From IMG/VR virus record IMGVR_UViG_3300021376_004065: a stretch of 64,000 nt of DNA, one strand, 5' to 3'. This document shows positions 32,901-44,546 of the stretch, one piece after another; within the stretch, counting starts at the first letter, position 1; each line of letters starts with the position of its first letter. The translations under genes and the position numbers were made by a program. Below the pieces are notes generated by a model. The model did not search any database. It worked only from the letters and a program-made list of their open reading frames with translations, and was not told the DNA's origin. This stretch comes from a virus.

Positions 32901-35770
32901 CATCATTGCCACTTCCATTGTGGGAATATTGATGAGATGTATTTCCTAAATCAATATCGCCGGTATATGGAAAATGATTAAATATTGATTTATTTATTGG
33001 ATTGTGTATATTTTCATATCCAGTTATATCTTGCTTGCACAAATAAGTTGAAGATATATTTGTATTTATAGCTCCTAATGGATAACCCGTTCTGGCAATG
33101 TTCTTTCTAATTAAAGATGGAAATGGTGTTATGAAAGATGCATTGAGGGGTTCTCCTTCAGGTATCGATTTTCTTCCAATGATCGTTCGTTCAAGTCTCC
33201 AGGATTTAATAGTAATTGGAACCTGTATTGTAAAATCTATATTGTAAGACATGTCAAAAGACAAAGATGATTCAGTGCTTACTACCTTTTTCCATTCAGT
33301 TTTAAAACCATAGGTATAATTATGAACATTGTCGTTTACAATGTTTGATTCATATTCTCTTCTATTTTCAATATTCCTAAATCTATCTTTGATATAAAAA
33401 AGACCATAATTAGAAGGAATATTTAAAGGTGGAGATATTGTTGTGGTCTTTGCAAAAGCGGGCTGGTTAACGGAACTAGCTGGAATTTGATATGTTTTAT
33501 ACGGAGTTGTTACACCTTGGGCTATAGAATTTGGAAGATAGGTTCCATTTTTTGCACTTACGCTTGAATTTGTAAATTCAATAAAATAAGTTATTTTGTC
33601 ATTACTTGTAGAATAAAATTGCCCATATGAACTAGGTACGCTTCTGGAAAATTCTTCTATAAAAATTTCTTCAATTGTTTTATCACTTAATTGCCTATAG
33701 AGATCACCATTCTGCTCTACTGTAAATTTGTATTCTGCGTATTCATCTATATAATCATTTTTTATTAAAATATCATTATATGGATTTTTATCATTTGTTA
33801 TAATTCCGTTAAGAAGCCAAGAAGTTTTCCAGCTTGTTGAATGAAATAGAACTGGCGTTAACAAAGTTGGAGATGAAGAACCAGAACTATTTGAAGACGT
33901 ATAATATTTAGAAATTAATCCAACAATAATAGAATTATAAAAGAATTTTAGTGGTCCCTCTGCGTCGGAAGTTATAACCATGCTTCCGGAATTGGCTGCT
34001 GCGGATTCGGATAGCTCAGAACCAAACAAATAATCTGCTCCAGCTTTTACGTTTAAGCTAACTGTATTTAATATTATCGTTCCACAAGAAACAGATCCAC
34101 TTTCGTTTACGTTTGTTTTAAACTGAAGCACAACGGGACCAACGTTGGTTGTCACAGAGCTATATTGCGCTGTTAAATCTTTTGAAAACGCATTAATAGT
34201 TTGATTAATGCGACCGTAGACTCCATAGCCGGCATCAAAAATTGATTGAGATATGTCCCAAGTTTGATTTTTTGATTGAAGATTTAAGTCAGAATTTGAA
34301 GACTCCTCGTTTCTATCGTAAGAAAGGCCGCTTTCAGTTGAAACGTTTCTCGTAAGACTACCAATAGGGGCTGGCAATATGCCCTGAATGGATGAGCTGA
34401 TATTTCCTTCGACTTCTATAAAAAGGCATCCGCCATTATCTGTGAAAGTTTTTATCTTTGAAACAATTGATTCAATATCGACGTTAGTGTTTCCAACTAA
34501 TATTAAAAAATCAAACTGCTTCATCTGTTCATGAGTACATAATTCTGGATTAACCATCCAATAAGACTGTTCATTCGGGTTGATATTATTAATTTTTGAA
34601 ATTGGATTTTCAAATTTATAATTATAAATATTTATTGGATTATTAACTAAGTTTAACTTATTAAATATTTTATAATGACTACTGTAGTCGCTTTTTCCGA
34701 ATAGAAATTACACCAACGTTTACAATGCCACCGTTTTCTGAATCTGATAATCTGTTTGCGTAATTAAAAGATCTTTGAATTTTACCAATAATTCTCCAGT
34801 TAAATATTTCATAATTTCTATTGTCTGGCATTGCTTTTTTATTTACATAAAAATTATATCCTCTTGAGTCAAATACTCCTCCAACGGAAAATTTATCTTG
34901 CACACTTTGAGCGTCTTTTACTGCATAAGTTTTATCATGTTTGGAACTATAATCTACAACAATTGATTCTTCTGATTCTTGTTTGAACAATAAAACCGAA
35001 TTTATTGGTTCGCTGTAATTGGAAATTGAATTAATCAAACTGCCTTCAATGGTCAATTCAATTTTGTTGTAATTTAAAAGAAGCGAAGGTGGGTTTGCGT
35101 CTTCTAAAAGAACAATTATTCTACATAACGATTCAATTTCTGATACGTATTTTTGTGTATATTTTTCTAAAACTACTTTATATTTATTTTTTCCAGAGTC
35201 ATCAACATATGGGGATCCGTCAGAATAAGTCACATATATATCTGAAATATCTACTTTATTATCTTCTAGAATAAACTTCTGAGATTCAGAAGCTCTAACA
35301 ATATCAAATATATTTTTACCAGCGTAAGTAAAAGAATCAATTGAACTAGATTTTATATTATCCTGAACGGTAAAGTATCTACTAACATAATAAGAATAAA
35401 AATAATCTGTTCTAGACAATTCTCCAAATGGTTTACTATTTAAATCCGGCACGTTGACAAACTCGGTTTTATTTGGAAAACTGTTCATCACATCTGTTAC
35501 TTGTATGTTTTCAGAAGAGAATCTATTATTACCGGTTATGGGATCCTCTAACATTCCAAGTTCATTTGCTATCAAAGATAGTTGAGTATTTTCTGCTTGA
35601 ACATAATTTTCTTTGATTGTCAATGATGCATCTACAACGGCGGTAGTATTTGAGGGACTGATGTCTTCTGCAGAAAAATAAGCTAGATTTACAGCACCCG
35701 GGGGTAGATTGGGGCTCTTCTTTATCTTTTTTTCTATAGAGTTTTCTATGTTGTTGTTAAAAGATTTCAT
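29926..35770 (-). CDS. giant putative tail structural protein (about 1,947 aa) with peptidoglycan-binding-like segment, one +1 shift at CGG
   Basis: ORFs 34679..35770 and 29926..34557 join: ...VISI-GKSDYSSHYKIFNKLNLVNNP...EQSYWMVNPELC...; VHYIQWTLRLSGQNIVTDGQFGPQTKAAVISFQK; length 5845 = 3n+1. Confidence 0.75.
34696..34699 (-). other. +1 recoding site ATT C GGA
   Basis: In-frame CGG; joins ISI-GKSDYSS. Confidence 0.85.
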
Positions 35771-35775
35771 AAAGC

Positions 35776-38700
35776 CTAACTTGGATATATTTGTTTATTG
35801 TTATCAAAATAATAATATTCATTACCAAGTAGTCCCATTTGATACTGGGTATATCTTGGTATTTTAAACCATTTTGGAAGAGTGACATTTGGTGTTGCGG
35901 ACATTTTTTCTGGATTACCTGTTATATAATTAACTTTAAAAGAAGGCGTTGATCTAAACTCAATGAAATCATCTGCCTCATATCGTTCTTGATTTAAAAT
36001 AACTCTCCTAGCTGCGTTAAGAATAACATCAATAGAGTCTTCATACCAATGAGTTATGTCTCCAGATATAGTAATAGGATTGCTTGAAATAGATGGACTG
36101 TAGCTTGTTTCTATAACCATAAACCAATATCCTGGATTTTGTATACTTTGAACAGTTATTGGTCCTATTCTAAAAAATCCATTTTCGTCTGTTAGTACTG
36201 AATTATACGTTGGTATTGCAAAAGCTTCAAGTACGGTTCTAGCTACTCTATAATAAACATATATATTTTCAACGCTCTTATTCTTTGAGGAAACCTTTCC
36301 ATCAATATATAAAACGTCGGTTCCATTTGCGGTGTTGAAACCCTTAGTTGGTTGAACAAAAACACTATCATCAAATGATTCTGTTTTTATTATTTCATAA
36401 TCAATGGTTGCTTTACTGTTTAAACTATTTGCCTGGCTGTATGAGCCTGTTGCTCCAGTGACAAACAGTTTTGCGGAATTTACAGTAGCCGGAGTGGCGC
36501 CACTGTATCTAGCTCTTGTATGAGCAAAACCGTCTATATCTGTTTCTACTACGGGGTTATCAATTGATAACAAACTTGATTCTAACAGGTATTTTTGATA
36601 TGGCTTAGGATTTCCGAATAGAATCAAAACTTTGAACAGTGATTGTCATATAATCCTGTTGTGGGTTATCCAAAATTGTTCCCGGATATACGTTTACTGC
36701 AAAGTCTTTATATGGATAAATATTCTCGTCAATATATATGTGCCCCTCGTTGTAAAGACTATGAAGTGGAGAGTGAACCAATCCAGTTGGAGTTGCCGAA
36801 TCGAATATACCTGTTTCATATGTGACATAAAAAACGCTTGATGCGCCTGTTGGAGCGCTATTGAAAATTATTTTTGAATATAAACCGGTAGCGGTGTTGT
36901 AATATTCGTTGTCTATATAATAAGAATTTCTTACTTTATAAGAAACTTTGTATTCTCTTCCAATAACTAACGATTCAGTAAATGATATTTGATTTGTTGT
37001 ACTTTCACCGTTGCTTAATATAGTTTCGTTTGCAACTAAGTCTTCCACTTTTATATTGTATATATTTTGATAACCAACAAACATTTTATTTTCGTTTTGT
37101 GCAACTATGTATTCTACATTTGTAAAAGAAAGTTGTGTATTATTCAATTCATCAGGAAATGATATTTGTTTAAAGTTCATATTTGGGGACGCTGCCGATT
37201 GAACAATTACAGGCGCGCCCTGTCTTGGAACTTTTGAAAGTATAATTTCTGGTGTTGCGCTGTCTAAGTTAATTACTTTTGTTTCTTTTAGTGGATTTGT
37301 GAATAAATAATAATTTTCATTATTAATAAAGTACCATCCAGAGTGAATTTCAGATTCTATTTTGGAATTAACACCTGAAGCTAATCTAGATCTAATTGTC
37401 ACTCCCTCTATGTATACATCATCATGCGCTCCCTGTACCGCTTCAGAGTAATAATTTGAAGACTTATAATTTACACTTTGAACATCTATTCCCTGCTCTT
37501 GAGAAATGGAATAAAGTGGTTTAACCGTACTCTTATCTGTGTATACCTCAAAGGAATCATCGTCTTTATCGACTTTTATTGCCTCTATCGAATGAACAAC
37601 GTATTGAGAAGGCGTACTTAAATTCATTTGAGAAAATTCATATCTATGAATGTCTCTATTTAAAACAATATCATCTAATTTTATTGATTCATTTAAGTCA
37701 TCTTCTGAAGAAATAATTCCTCTTTGTGAAATATTAAATACTATAGGGGTTGATGATTCGTATTCAAAATACCCCCATGTATTTACTACAGTTGGATAAT
37801 TCTTAAAAGCGGTTTTTTGATTATTTTGAAATATTGTATATTGATTATTAATTGTTGAATAGTTTGGATCCCAATAAAAAATAATATTATTCGGAGTAGA
37901 AGAAAGATCGTATTTTGGAGTTGAAAAAACTTCATCAGTGGAAGTATTCGTTCTTAATAAAATAGTTGGAACATAAGAAGAGGATAGAAATTGAGGATTT
38001 ACTGTATACCCTCCGTATCTTGATAGCTCCAAATTAAATGGTGGTGTTGCATCGTTTCTTATTTTAGCAAAATCTGGTTTAGCATTGTGAACATGAAGAA
38101 AAGTTGGTGTTGCCAAACGAGAACTTATATCAATACTTTCAAATATTTGATTTGTTAATAGTTCTGTAAAACTTTGAACAAATTGAGGAGTGCTTTGATT
38201 TATTGTTATATAATCTGGCGAAGAGGCGTTGGTTGCTAGTCTAATTGTTTTCTGCGAAGGATTCGTATTTGCATTTAAATAATCAAAACTGTACATATCA
38301 GAACCGTAGAGCACTTGCATTGTACCGCTATTTGGTGTAGCCAGTTCAAAATATGGAGCACTTGGGTTTACTGTTGTACTGTTTGCGTAGTTCTTTGAAA
38401 ATATATATGATGGATTAGTGTATGAATTGTTTTGTGCTTTTATTCCCAATCTGCTCAAATTTTCAGAAGAGTGATTGTTGATAACGTACCTTGGCGTAGT
38501 TGTGGAGTAGGCAAAGTGTCCATATCCCACCCTTGCGTTTGACATCTTGCCTACGCTTATGGTATTTAAATACGGAGTTGCAGAGTAATCAAGGTACAGT
38601 TGATTATTTAATTTATTTCTAAATGTTATAGAAGGATCTGTTCTTTCGTCGCTTTGTTTTATTATTTGTCTTATATTTGCTTCTGACCTACTTGGTGTTG

Positions 38701-40631
38701 AGCTAGAGATTTGACTTAACTGAGCGGCAATGTTTCTATGATAGTCGGTTATGTTTGCGTAATATGGGGTTCCTTGAGAATATATTTCCACAAAGTAATT
38801 CACAGTAGCAGCGTGCTTTGCTTGTGGATATTTGTATTCCAAAAAATACGATAAATCGACGTTAATTGGAGTGTATGCTGTTTTTGTACTTTCTTTTTTA
38901 ATTCCAGATAATCTTATCTTTGCTTGTTTTTGAAATATTTTTTCATTGTTAGAATCATTTAATATAATTTCATCATCTATATTTTTATCGTATGAATCTA
39001 CAGAAATCACAAGATCGGACAAGTCGCCAACGCCTGGCTGATAATATTTCGGTGTCGCTTCTTTAAAAGGGGTGTCATAAACAAATGGAACATTTGAAAC
39101 GCCTTCGGATAATCTTCCAGCGTAATCCCATATCAGGTTAGACCAATCAACAAAGCCCCAATTAGTTGGATATTCTCTATTTATTCTATTGATAAACAAA
39201 ATAAATTCTTCTGTTGGATTTCCATTTTCTTGAAAATATTTTGTAAATTTTTCTAGATCTTGAAATTCATATAGGTTTGGTGTTGCGCCTGCGAACTGTG
39301 AATTCGGAGTAGAACCCAATGCCCTCCATAGATCTAATTCTCTTCTCAATGTTTTCTTAAATGATTCGGAATCTGAACTTGGCTTGTTTATATAAACGTC
39401 TAGTATTCTCTTTTTATAATTTTCATTACTTTCTAATTTCAACCTTGATAAACCAACTCTTGCCCCAAATTCATCAAATGTATTAAAAATAAGAACTTCT
39501 TCTTGCGATAGAACTCTATCGTTTATCTTAAGTGATTTAAATGGTCTGATGGTTAAAACAACCCTATCAGCTGGCGAATAATAATATACATAATCAAGAG
39601 ATCCGTAAGATATAAATTCTGAATAACTACTAATGGGAGACAATTCAACTCCATCTCCCGTAACTCTAGTTACTAATTCTGGACAATTGTTTGCTGCATA
39701 TATCCAGGTTATTTGATCTGTACTTGCTCCAGTAATTGATTTTGAATAATTATGATAGTCTATTAAAGATTCAATTTTATCAAGATCATTTCCAACTAGA
39801 GAATTTATAAATTTTCCTCCAAAACTTTCTGGAATCGCAAGTGACGGTGTTGCGTCTTCTGTGGAGTCTTCATACATTTTTGTCCAAGAAGGAAATTTTG
39901 AAAGTATATCTTTAGTAGAATCAGTAATATTTGGAGGAGTTGTATCAGATATCTGAACTTCTACAAGCAATAAAAACTCTATACTTGGCGTAGCAGATCC
40001 GTTGAAGTACGAATCTGAAAGTTCACTAAAAAATTCTATTTCAAACTTAACAAATCTTTTTGCCCTTTGAATAAATAAATATTCAGTTAATCCAGAAATT
40101 TGATTTGGCATCCAGAAAGGAGTGGCAGAATTAAGATAGTCGTCTGATTCAAATACCTGAAGTGTATACTCTATTTCTTCCGATGTAGGAGAATTAAAGA
40201 AGGATGATTTGTAAGATACTAAATCTATTCTCGATGTTGTATCAACAAATCTAATTAGATTTTGCGCTTCATTAGCGTTGACAGGAGAAATTATCCAATA
40301 ACCATCTGGACCAACTTCAAAATTAAAAATCTGATATCCACCCGTTGCTGTGGAGGAATTTTCAAATATATAAATTGGACTGTAATCTAAATCTGTAACT
40401 ACTTCGCCTGTGTCGGTTACGTAAATTGATTGATCTAAGGTTGGAGAAGAAGAATTTAAATAGTTTCCTGTATAAGTTCCGATTGCCAATGAGATTAAGA
40501 CCAAATTTAGATTTTACTGGAGAAAAATTTGTGTAACTAGAATTATCGTATAAATCAATAGCCTCAGATGTCCAAACTTTTCCATTTTTTGAAAAATGTA
40601 TGTTTGTAAGAGTAAGGATATATTTTTTCAT
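35776..40631 (-). CDS. giant putative tail/baseplate protein (about 1,617 aa), two +1 shifts at CGG
   Basis: Joins 40362..40631, 36605..40504, 35776..36627: ...FGLNLIGN-GTYTGNYLNSSSPTLDQ... and ...ITVQSFDSI-GNPKPYQKYLLE...; length 4856 = 3n+2. Confidence 0.75.
36613..36616 (-). other. +1 recoding site ATT C GGA
   Basis: In-frame CGG; joins DSI-GNPKPYQ. Confidence 0.85.
40478..40481 (-). other. +1 recoding site AAT C GGA
   Basis: In-frame CGG; joins IGN-GTYTGNY. Confidence 0.85.
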
Positions 40632-40644
40632 TAAAAGAATTACC

Positions 40645-41907
40645 TCACGCTGAATCTAACCATATTGTATATTCTGCTGTAACTCCATTGTTTGGATGAA
40701 CATATAAAAGATCTTGACACGGTCTGCTCATTGAGTTAAAATATTCTTGCGCATAGGTGTTATGACTTTCTGGTGATCCAGAAATTCTTACAGTACTACT
40801 TCCTATTGTCATTTTGAACTTTTGATGATAATGCCCCATATATACGTCGTCGAAGTTTTCTGGTATTGCCTCATCCTTCCATCCCATTACCTTCTTATAG
40901 TATCCATAGAATTGACTTGGTGATGGCATCTGGTCTCCGTGTATTAAAAGGCAGCCGTAGTCGCCAATTCTGTCTACTGCGTACCAATTTCTTTCACCTT
41001 TTCCATCGGGAATATTAAATGTAATTCTTTCCTCTTTGGCAAACATTAGTTCTAATATTTTATATAGTAATCTATCCATATTTGTTTCTGGATCATGGGA
41101 CTTGCGCATTTTACCGCCCACAGCGCCGTGGTTACCAATAACGCCAGTAACATGTACTTTCTTAAAGTTCTCAAGAGCTGTAATCAAAAATCGGGAAAGT
41201 ATTCTAGGACCGTTAACCCCAACCTGCCTGTATAAACCAGAGTCAATTAAATGGCTTTGGCCAGCAAATATCTCCTCACCTTCAACTATGTCCCCCAAAA
41301 GCCAAACATGCAGCTCGTCTACATTGTGATGTAGTCTTTGTATCGTTGTAATTTCAATAAGTTTTTCTGTATATAGTTCTATTCTTTTTTCAAGGACTTC
41401 TGTATTATACGTCGGTGTTACTTTGCCCATTTGCCAATCTGACAAAACTGCTATTGCCACCTCTGGTGTATGATGTTTATTATTTTTTAAATCTTTTACT
41501 TTTACTTTGGGCATTTCGAAAGATGAAAATGCGTCAAAAGCTGCTTGATAAACTGAAGTCACAGTTTCTTGTTTAACATGTTTATTTTTTTCAGCTAGTT
41601 TTGCTAATCTCTTATTTTCAGATCTAAGAAAATCTACCACTTCTTCATTCACAGTTAAAAAAGAAGAATATTCCGAAAGTTCACTTTCGGTGTTTTGATC
41701 GGCTTCCTGTTCTAAACTGCCTATGTTATTATCTAATGTAGAAACAATTTTTGCTATTTCAGATTGTTGCTTTTCATCTACTTCAATCTTTTGAAGTAAT
41801 ACCTGTCCAGCCTCTTGATCTCCATTAATTGCTGTTCTGGCGTTAGATTTATTTTTTGCCTTTACAACAGACGTAGTTTTGACTACATAATAAGTTTCAT
41901 CTTGCAT
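40645..41907 (-). CDS. calcineurin-like metallophosphoesterase with extra N-terminal module
   Basis: VAIAVLSDWQMGK...HVWLLGDIVEGEE...VTGVIGNHGA...CLLIHGDQM. Confidence 0.8.
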   Translation of the reverse strand: MQDETYYVVKTTSVVKAKNKSNARTAINGDQEAGQVLLQKIEVDEKQQSEIAKIVSTLDNNIGSLEQEADQNTESELSEYSSFLTVNEEVVDFLRSENKRLAKLAEKNKHVKQETVTSVYQAAFDAFSSFEMPKVKVKDLKNNKHHTPEVAIAVLSDWQMGKVTPTYNTEVLEKRIELYTEKLIEITTIQRLHHNVDELHVWLLGDIVEGEEIFAGQSHLIDSGLYRQVGVNGPRILSRFLITALENFKKVHVTGVIGNHGAVGGKMRKSHDPETNMDRLLYKILELMFAKEERITFNIPDGKGERNWYAVDRIGDYGCLLIHGDQMPSPSQFYGYYKKVMGWKDEAIPENFDDVYMGHYHQKFKMTIGSSTVRISGSPESHNTYAQEYFNSMSRPCQDLLYVHPNNGVTAEYTIWLDSA

Positions 41908-41927
41908 TGTGTTTTACCTGCCTACTA

Positions 41928-43088
41928 TTAACTGTAACCTATTATAGCAGGATAAAGCTCAACTAGTCCGGCTACCATGTATGATCTTTCACTTGGAAGT
42001 TGAAAGTTTTCTTTTGGAACTTCAGTTCCGTTTACGGAAATTGAATTTATAATAACTTCACTAATTAAATCAGAGGCAGACATTATAGAATTTTTTAATA
42101 GAGTAATATCTAAAACATCACCTATTGTAAATGAATTTAAATATTTTTTAGCAAAGTAGGCTGCCTGATTAGCTATTCCGGTGGCAGCGTTTTCTGTGCC
42201 AGAAGTTAATAAGATATTTGCCGATATTGAAACGGGAATCCTTTGAGCCACTCTAACAGTCATTCTTATGCCAACGGGTCTTATTGATTGTATAGATTGT
42301 GCTATTTCTCTTTCCAGGCCATTTGGAAAAGAACCGCTTTCTGGAACAACTATAATATCACAAGAACCCATACCAAAAGAACCTTCCCTTATTCTAACAT
42401 CTTTCACGCCCCTTACAGAAAGGGCCGATAGTCTAAGTGACTCTGCTGTTCCATTTGTGTTAACTTTAACTGATCTTATTATTCTTCTCCTGTATGCGTC
42501 GTCACTCTCATAGTTAATTTGACTAACCACTTCTTTCACGTTAGTTACCGAAACAATTACTCCAGGAGGCGAAATGAAATTATGTTTACTAAGACTTCCT
42601 ATGGATGCTGTGTAGGTTGCATCCGAAAAAGCTGCTACGACTTGTCCGTAAACCCTAGTAGAACCAGTTGGTATTGTTACGTCTCCGACTAGTTTGTATT
42701 TAAATTGAATTGTAGAAGAAGAATTAATATTATTAAATACTAAAGTATCTTTTGGTATTAATATATCTTTGCTATAAGATTTAGAAATGGAAAATACAAC
42801 GTTTGCTATATTCCTATCGCTAGCTATTTCGTCTGAAATAAGTTTTCTTGGAACTGAATATAATTCGCCAATTAAATCGAGATTTCTTCCAGACGCTGTG
42901 CTAATCATTGTTTGATCAATATTGTACCTTAGCATTGTGTACAAATCTCCTATTTGATCAGAAATGGCTTCAGCAAAAGCCCTAGCTATTGATCCGGGAG
43001 AAGTAGCAGTAATGCCAGCGTTTTTCTCTAGTGAATTCATAATTTGATCTAGTATTTCTACTTTAGTTTTTGTATATAGAATAGTCAT
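41928..43088 (-). CDS. baseplate J-like protein
   Basis: SGRNLDLIGELYSVPR...INYESDDAYRRRIIRSV...GVKDVRI typical of baseplate J family. Confidence 0.85.
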   Translation of the reverse strand: MTILYTKTKVEILDQIMNSLEKNAGITATSPGSIARAFAEAISDQIGDLYTMLRYNIDQTMISTASGRNLDLIGELYSVPRKLISDEIASDRNIANVVFSISKSYSKDILIPKDTLVFNNINSSSTIQFKYKLVGDVTIPTGSTRVYGQVVAAFSDATYTASIGSLSKHNFISPPGVIVSVTNVKEVVSQINYESDDAYRRRIIRSVKVNTNGTAESLRLSALSVRGVKDVRIREGSFGMGSCDIIVVPESGSFPNGLEREIAQSIQSIRPVGIRMTVRVAQRIPVSISANILLTSGTENAATGIANQAAYFAKKYLNSFTIGDVLDITLLKNSIMSASDLISEVIINSISVNGTEVPKENFQLPSERSYMVAGLVELYPAIIGYS

Positions 43089-43096
43089 ATATATCC

Positions 43097-43472
43097 TTAA
43101 ATGTTTTGACTTATAGAAAGAACAACTGGTTCACCATAATTGGTAACCATTTTAACATCAAACCTAATACAGTCGGGTGCAGTCGGAACAGCGCTAATTG
43201 TCATTTGTCTGCCTTCAAATATTCTCTCTCTGTTTAAACCAGCTTTTATTAATCTTTTACCCTGCTCTGCCGTCACAGGATCCTGTGGCATTCCGATAAA
43301 GTTCGGACAAAGAAACTCCAAGTTGAGGGTAAATTTTAAAATCTCCCGGTTCTGTCATCAATCTAATATAAACATTTTGAATGTCATTTTCTGCGGAAGA
43401 AGAAATCAATTCTATATCTTTATTTGAACTTATACTTATATCCCCATCAAAAGTCATTCGTATGTCAGGCAT
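43097..43472 (-). CDS. baseplate wedge (gp25/DUF2634-like) protein, one +1 shift at CGG
   Basis: ...LMTEPGDFKIYPQLGVSLSELY-GMPQDPVTAEQGKRLIKAGLNRERIF...; length 376 = 3n+1. Confidence 0.75.
43292..43295 (-). other. +1 recoding site TAT C GGA
   Basis: In-frame CGG; joins SELY-GMPQDP. Confidence 0.9.
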
Positions 43473-44166
43473 TGTCTGGACCCATATCTCTCTTAGCTTT
43501 TATTCTTGCTTGATTAAAGGTGTATCCATTATATAGTAATTCTTTTATATATTCTATAACCTTAGGCGATTCTTGCTGTTCTAATTTCTTTAATAATGCA
43601 AGGTTGTCATCTGACAGGTTTTCATCATAGTATTCATTTACATTTAAAGTAATTGACTTACTAACCGTCGGTGCATCGTATTCATAGTTTGCTTGTATAG
43701 TAACGCCGCTGTTTCGTGTTGCGTTTTTTATCGATTGGATTTTTCCTATTTTTTCCTCATACCCATAATATGCAGGGCTTTGTTGAAAATCTTTTAATGT
43801 GACCAAAAATGGTTCTGTAAAATCCGTTGCAGCGTAATTAAAGGCGTATTTGTTCCATCTAATTCCATCATCTTCTGTTGTGTATATTTTTAATGTATCC
43901 GCAAAAATGCTAACCGATCTATTTGAGCCATTAATTATTATTCCGACTCCAGGAGCAGCCATTATCTCTATTTCTCCTGCATCATTTAACTTAATAAAGG
44001 ACTCAACATCAGGGTGGTTTAGTCCAACCTCTCTTCTTGAAAACTCGTTTCTTTTGTTGAAAATGAATTCAGATTGAACATTAAATATTGAGGCGCCTTT
44101 TGATTCGCCCGAAACTGGCTTTCTAAAAAATAAATTTTCTTGCTTACCGCTAAGACCTATTGCCAT
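43465..44166 (-). CDS. hypothetical baseplate/tail protein
   Basis: Intact ORF between baseplate genes. Confidence 0.5.
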   Translation of the reverse strand: MAIGLSGKQENLFFRKPVSGESKGASIFNVQSEFIFNKRNEFSRREVGLNHPDVESFIKLNDAGEIEIMAAPGVGIIINGSNRSVSIFADTLKIYTTEDDGIRWNKYAFNYAATDFTEPFLVTLKDFQQSPAYYGYEEKIGKIQSIKNATRNSGVTIQANYEYDAPTVSKSITLNVNEYYDENLSDDNLALLKKLEQQESPKVIEYIKELLYNGYTFNQARIKAKRDMGPDNA

Positions 44167-44168
44167 TT

Positions 44169-44532
44169 TTATACCATGTACCTTGGTATTCCAGAATATG
44201 AAATATTATTATACATCAATGGAGTATTATCATTTGGAGAATTATAGTAGGATAGTATGAATGGAATTGTTTCGTTGGTATCCCTAAATGCCACTATGCA
44301 TCGCGATCCCATTTCTGGGGAAACAGATTGAATTCCGTTGAACTGAAGGGCACTGGACGTTTGTTAGTATGTCTGTAATCTGGTTTGAAAATCTATCTTC
44401 TAACATTACTTTTGCTGTGTTTGTATGTTTATCGTAATGAGCTATAACTCCATTCCTCGTCTTTTGCTTTTGCATATCCGAATTGGATATCATCTCATTA
44501 ATTTTTTTATTAAATTTAGGATATTGTTTCAT
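44169..44532 (-). CDS. hypothetical baseplate-associated protein, one +1 shift at CGG
   Basis: ...TNVQCPSVQ-GIQSVSPEMGSRCIVAFRDTNETIPFILSYYNSPNDNTPLMYNNISYSGIPRYMV; length 364 = 3n+1. Confidence 0.75.
44334..44337 (-). other. +1 recoding site CAA C GGA
   Basis: In-frame CGG; joins PSVQ-GIQSVSP. Confidence 0.85.
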
Positions 44533-44546
44533 ATATTAACTCCTTA

